A program made the translations under genes and the position numbers. Of a DNA stretch of 64,000 nucleotides, positions 59,042 to 64,000 are shown piece after piece; position 1 is the first letter of the stretch, and each line of letters starts with the position of its first letter. The notes under the pieces were generated by a model that was given only the letters and a program-made list of their open reading frames with translations, ran no database searches and had not been told where the DNA came from. Source of the DNA: Trichoplax adhaerens (taxonomy: Eukaryota > Animalia > Placozoa); assembly GCF_000150275.1 (NCBI RefSeq), contig NW_002060948.1, positions 496,001 to 560,000 on the forward strand, written 5' to 3'.

Positions 59042-59290
59042 ACTGACTCACTCGACTGTGGTACAGTAACAACTGACTCGCTCGACTGTGATACAGTTAG
59101 ACCTGACGTACAGCAACACTGACTCACTCGACTGTGGTACAGTACAACTGACTCGCTCGAATGTGGTACAGTTGGACCTGACGTACAGCAACACGGACTC
59201 ACTCGATTGTGGTACAGTACAACTGACTCACTCGAATGTGGTACAGTTAGACCTGACGTACAGCAACACTGACTCACTCGACTGTGGTAC
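59042..59290. repeat. 75-bp higher-order tandem repeat (~3.3 units; 29 + 46 bp subunits) upstream of PPP4R3
   Basis: ACTGACTCACTCGACTGTGGTACAGTACA + ACTGACTCGCTCGAATGTGGTACAGTTRGACCTGACGTACAGCAAC at 59042, 59118, 59193 and 59268. Confidence 0.92.
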
Positions 59291-61358
59291 ACTACACGTT
59301 GTTGTGTCACTTGTACAATAGAGAGCTTACACAGTTGAAAAAAAAAAAAAAAAAATACCTTAATGGTGTCATTGGGGTGTTAAACATAGAGTCCAAATTG
59401 ACACCTGGCGAAATTGCAGTTTTGGTTCAACTATACCAGTTTGAATCCGTTTATGACGATGAAGACTCGATAGTAGACAACTTTTGCTCTGCATTCGCTG
59501 CTATTGTACCATAGAGAAATAACATACGTACTCTACTGTACACTATCTGGTACTGGCTGGCCGCCAGCCAGTGCCAGATTGATTTTGTTCATAGAGATAT
59601 CAAAAAATGTTTTCATTAACTTTTGGGTTTTGTACAGTGCATCTTGCAATTTCTAGTTAGTGAAGGATAGTTTTACACCCCTCTCTCTTTTAGCAGTTGA
59701 GTAATCTCTATATCGTTTTTTTTTCTGCAGCAAGCCAGACCATAAAATTCACTATTCTACTGTATATCATATATATATATATTGTCACAATAATTACTAC
59801 ATTATTTTATTTTTTGACCCGACCATTTATCTAGTGTTAGAACTACCATCAGGACTGCTACACTACTACTCATAATTTGGGGATTTTTATTGTTGTTGTT
59901 GTTAGTACTGCACAGTACTGTATTCATACCAATTTACTGTACTGTACTGTACTGTATTTCGGTTACGTAACTGCGACAATCAGCTTTGGAAAGTACAGTT
60001 AGAACAAAATCATTAACGCTGCTATTACTGCATACGAATACTAGGGACTTTTCCATAATTATAAAATAATTTTATCCAGAAGTACCTGATTATTGAATTA
60101 TCTATACGTGCAGTATACGGTATAGAAAAAAGCTGCATCATATATTGCAGGCGCTGCCCTATTCAATGATAATTACTGTATGCAATTCTGGCTCTGCTAA
60201 TATACTGTATGTAATAATCACTACTGAAGCCTTGAGTTACGGCAGAGATTTCAATGGAAGCCATAGATAGAAAATATAGTTTTATCTTTGTTCAATCATG
60301 ACAGTCATACAGCAATACCCAATCAGGCTTAACTACAGAAACTGCTCTTAAAGTACTGAAATTAGTGATTTTATGCATCTTATCCTTTGCATCAAGCTCG
60401 TATGGCCAATCATATCGACTATTGTACACTGTACAGTAGAGGCTATTTTAAGCACCTTGTGCAGGACCGCTAATATCTGTAAGGAATAAAACCAGTAAAG
60501 CATCGTGATGGACTACGTAGTAACCCATAATCAAAATTAATACTGTAATTATTTATCAATACAGTACAGTGACTTCAAATTTATTTGCCAATTACCGCCT
60601 ATACAAGTGTAATCGATTCGACGGTATCATAAAAACTCATAATCAGACAAGGCAAGATGCATCATAATTCATAATCGTAAATTCCAGCTTATTTACCGTA
60701 GTATGCAATTATACAGTATACCATCTGTCGTAGGTTTGACAAGATGAATACTGAGAATATCAAGACACTAATGTATATTCGCATACTTTATTAAAATTGT
60801 TAATGCTGTAGAATTTTGATGTGGCTTTTCTATCCAAGAGTAATGTTAATTTCTCCATTAAGCGTATGCAGAAAGCAAACACTAATCTTTGTACATGATA
60901 CATATATATATCATGTATTATATAATACAGTACTCATATGTATTAAGTAACAAAAGTTGGAGATTATGCAAAATAGAGAATGCAAATCTCGACCTATTGA
61001 AAAATCCTCAGCAGGGACTGAAATTGCATGGCAAACCTGTAATAAACTAAAATGCTTACACAGTATATAATGCATTACATTCTTGACTCATGATCAGATG
61101 ACACCAATAACAATAAATACAAAAATTGAAGAAAAACTCATTTAATAGTTGCTTTCGTTTTATGGAATCAAACCTGCATTCATTGAGAACTAGAAATTAA
61201 AGACTCATTGTACGTGAATTTAAAATTATAAAGCGATCTTTCCTTCCCATAGTTTTGTCAATTTATAAGTACGACATCAAGTGTTCTCATCATCGGTTTT
61301 TTGTGTCTCTGTCGTATCTACCAATATACAGATCTGGAGATGAATAAAAGTACACCAT

Positions 61359-62964
61359 CTAAGAAATGCCTTCAATGACATGAAAGAAATGATAAACTTC
61401 TTCTTTATCATAAACTGCAACTTCCGTAAAACAAACAGCACACTGCACAGGATGATATATTGCATCATTCTCTCCGAGCGTTGTTGAGCAAGGATTCCCC
61501 TCATTTGTTTCTGTATTATCCAAATTGACATTTCTTTTCTTCTTTCTACGACGGCTCTGCTTTTTATTAGCATATCGTAACGTTTGTTCTGTAAGAACAT
61601 TGCAATTCGAAACAAACATTGCTCGAAATTGATCCTTGTATGTATCATGTCTGTAAAAGAATATTTTCAATACAAAGATCGGTTAAAGTCCATGTGAACA
61701 ACAGGAGGGACATAACAGACGAATTACAAACCTCTGGCAATCCCTTGTCAAAATGGACATGCAAGATGGACAGCTTAGTACCATATCACTATTTTGATTT
61801 TGAGATATCCTTTTTGAGTAATTATTGTTTACTTGAAGATTTGGTGTTTCCTTCCGAGATTTCACCCACAATTCGTTATCGTCATCGATATTTGGGTCAT
61901 AAAATAATTCATCATTTGATAATTTCTTCAATTTTTTCTTTTTTTTATCTACAATATAACCAAGGAATTGCAGCAGCAATGTAGAACATGAATTAGAAAA
62001 TATTTTCCAGGTTGCTTGCATGCTTCTATAATGATAGTCGCAAGACATAAAATGCTATGTATGCTACTATACCGTTAGGTTTCGTCTGCCACTGCTCCGA
62101 ATCCGAATCGAAGTAAATATCGTCATAATAGGGATCTTGCGTCTGATCTTGATCTTTTTTCGATGGTAAAGGTGTGTTGCTGACATCTTCTGACTTTCTA
62201 TCATCTGTGGCTGGTATTGAACTTTTAAAATTATTTTCAGATCGACTTCGACTGTTGCAGATTAGATCTTGATGGCTAGAGGCCGTCTTGTGGGCCATTG
62301 ATTTGAAAGATTTCTCTGCTAAGTGCAGATAATTGTATATCATCTCGTTGCTGCAGTTTGTATCGTTGACTTCGCTAGCGAGAGCACGGTCTTGCAGCTT
62401 TTCAATGTTGTCAAATTCGTCGTTGCTAACCCAAAATTACGCATACGTATTAGTTTCTATCCGCTAAACTAAACAAAGCGACTGTCGTAATATTCAATTA
62501 ATTAATCGAACAAATAGTTGATATGGTACTGAATCTGTGCCTTGTCAAGTACTGTAGAAGTAATGCAATCGATGCAAAGATGATTACTATTACCCCAGAT
62601 TCAGGACGCAATTGCTAACCGGTATCCCAGTAAACCGCAAATGTTACAAAATAGGCTCCACAGCACAATCGCAGAACGTATTTGCACACAAGTTCATTGC
62701 AACTAACTGTTACATAAACTGATTATACTGTACAGTAATTACCTATTTTCAAAGTAGCTTGTGGTATACATATATTTTTTATTATATAAATTTTATGAAA
62801 TCTGTATGTCGATGCACCCGAGGTGAATTAATCGACAAAGTCTGCAGCTATTCATGCTAAATTTACCCAGGTAGTACGTACCTATGCTCGCTAGCAATTT
62901 CGTCGACATCACTGTCTTCGTCAATTTCGTATCCATCATAAGTATAGCTTGTAAAATTGGACAT
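61359..62964 (-). CDS. EAPP: E2F-associated phosphoprotein
   Basis: Exons (minus): 62882-62964, 62073-62425, 61732-61948, 61359-61650. [64 protein letters not shown] and YHPVQCAVCFTEVAVYDKEEVYHFFHVI match the EAPP C-terminal domain. Confidence 0.93.
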
Positions 62965-63123
62965 AGTTTATTCTAATATTCCTTATTATCTTTCCGGTCT
63001 TACAACATTGAGTTTTATTTCCTTTTGATTTTACGTGAAACTTTTTGCAAAGGACACGAAGGAAGTTGCTGCTGCCGCTTCAGTGGATAGTTGAAACTTA
63101 AACTTGAACTACAGTACTACGTG

Positions 63124-63481
63124 TAGAGGAAGATCTAGACTGAGCACTCTTGGACGGACAGACATTTTCGGCCTCATCTCGTCAAAATATAGTGCCAAAC
63201 ACTTCGTTATGGCAGTACTTTAAAGTATGCAGTCGGCTGATTTTGAATTGACCGATATTTTCTCAATTAACTAATATTGCATTGAATCTTATTATCAGTT
63301 ACAAAGTTCTGCTTGAAAACACTTATATAAGATCATGGACACTATTTAAATTAGTACCAGTGATTTAGAAAACAGACACGGAAGGTCCATACTAAGTAGT
63401 CATTTTTGGATATTTGCGGCCTGATTTGGTAAGAAAAGTCCGTCTGTCTGAGCGAGAGTGATCAGTCCAGGTCTTCTTCTA
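63124..63481. mobile_element. MITE-like element, family B, copy 2
   Basis: About 40-bp imperfect TIRs TAGAGGAAGATCTAGACTGAGCACTCTTGGACGGACAGAC / GTCTGTCTGAGCGAGAGTGATCAGTCCAGGTCTTCTTCTA; interior homologous to 11872-12297; no clear TSD. Confidence 0.78.
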
Positions 63482-63761
63482 GTTACTACAGTATACAGTA
63501 CTGTACTGTACAGTACATTATGATTTTGAATCTCGTAATCATTGTACTGTACATTGTAGCTTTCAAGACTCATACTATACGCACTACACACTCAGTGCAC
63601 GGTATGAGTCTGTATAAGGTACAGTACAGGTACCTACGTTCTGGTTGCATTACTATAGTAGCTGCAGATTGACCCAAAGTCTGGTCAATTCGTTCATCAT
63701 TGCGTTCAATGTACTTCAGCGTATAGGAGAATCTACTCATTGGATCGCATACTCTACGAAG

Positions 63762-63857
63762 ATGGCGGCGGTTGTTGGTGAAGATAACAAGCGTAAGAAC
63801 ACTGCAGAAATGAGTTCGATGGATGCCAAAGAAGATGAAAATTCGATTTCAGATCGA
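63762..63857 (+). CDS. First coding exon of an unidentified gene continuing beyond the window
   Basis: AAG-ATG-GCG-GCG start (good Kozak context, overlapping a YY1-type AAGATGGCGGC motif), MAAVVGEDNKRKNTAEMSSMDAKEDENSISDR, then a GTAAGT donor; divergent from EAPP. Confidence 0.6.
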
Positions 63858-64000
63858 GTAAGTATAACCACACCTAGCTAATTTCACGATATAGCATCGC
63901 TATCATGCGTTATACCTGGATCAATGATCTTCAAGTCATTACACGCTCTATTAATGCTAAATGAAAGCATTTTCTAGCATGAAATTTCATTTCATATTCC

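Noticed and set aside
58969-59321. Repetitive ORFs on both strands
   Set aside because: Produced by the 75-bp tandem repeat (length divisible by 3); no splice or homology support.

Overview
AT-rich, intron-dense eukaryotic DNA from an early-branching animal. The compact GT-AG introns and gene content suggest a placozoan such as Trichoplax, which is inference and not proven. Splicing exons by hand gives ten protein-coding genes: a divergent DYRK/HIPK/PRP4-like CMGC kinase (+, 5' end unresolved), cytosolic malate dehydrogenase MDH1 (-), an orphan 5-exon low-complexity gene (+), TBP (-), a DUF4200/CCDC42-like ciliary coiled-coil gene (-) with an RFX X-box upstream, a stand-alone Maf/ASMTL-N nucleotide pyrophosphatase (-), CFAP36 (+), PPP4R3/SMEK (-), EAPP (-) and the first exon of an unidentified gene (+). 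Most short ORFs in the supplied track are spurious or exon fragments. Best-supported unusual feature: a minor-spliceosome (U12) AT-AC intron next to a 15-nt microexon inside the Maf DKAGxxGIQ motif. Second pattern: housekeeping-gene 5' regions share an architecture of ACAGT/ACTGT microsatellite runs, two MITE-like families and local tandem duplications. The CFAP36 introns are inflated by several degenerate satellites, one apparently built from copies of the functional 3' splice site. No tRNA, rRNA or CRISPR array is supported.
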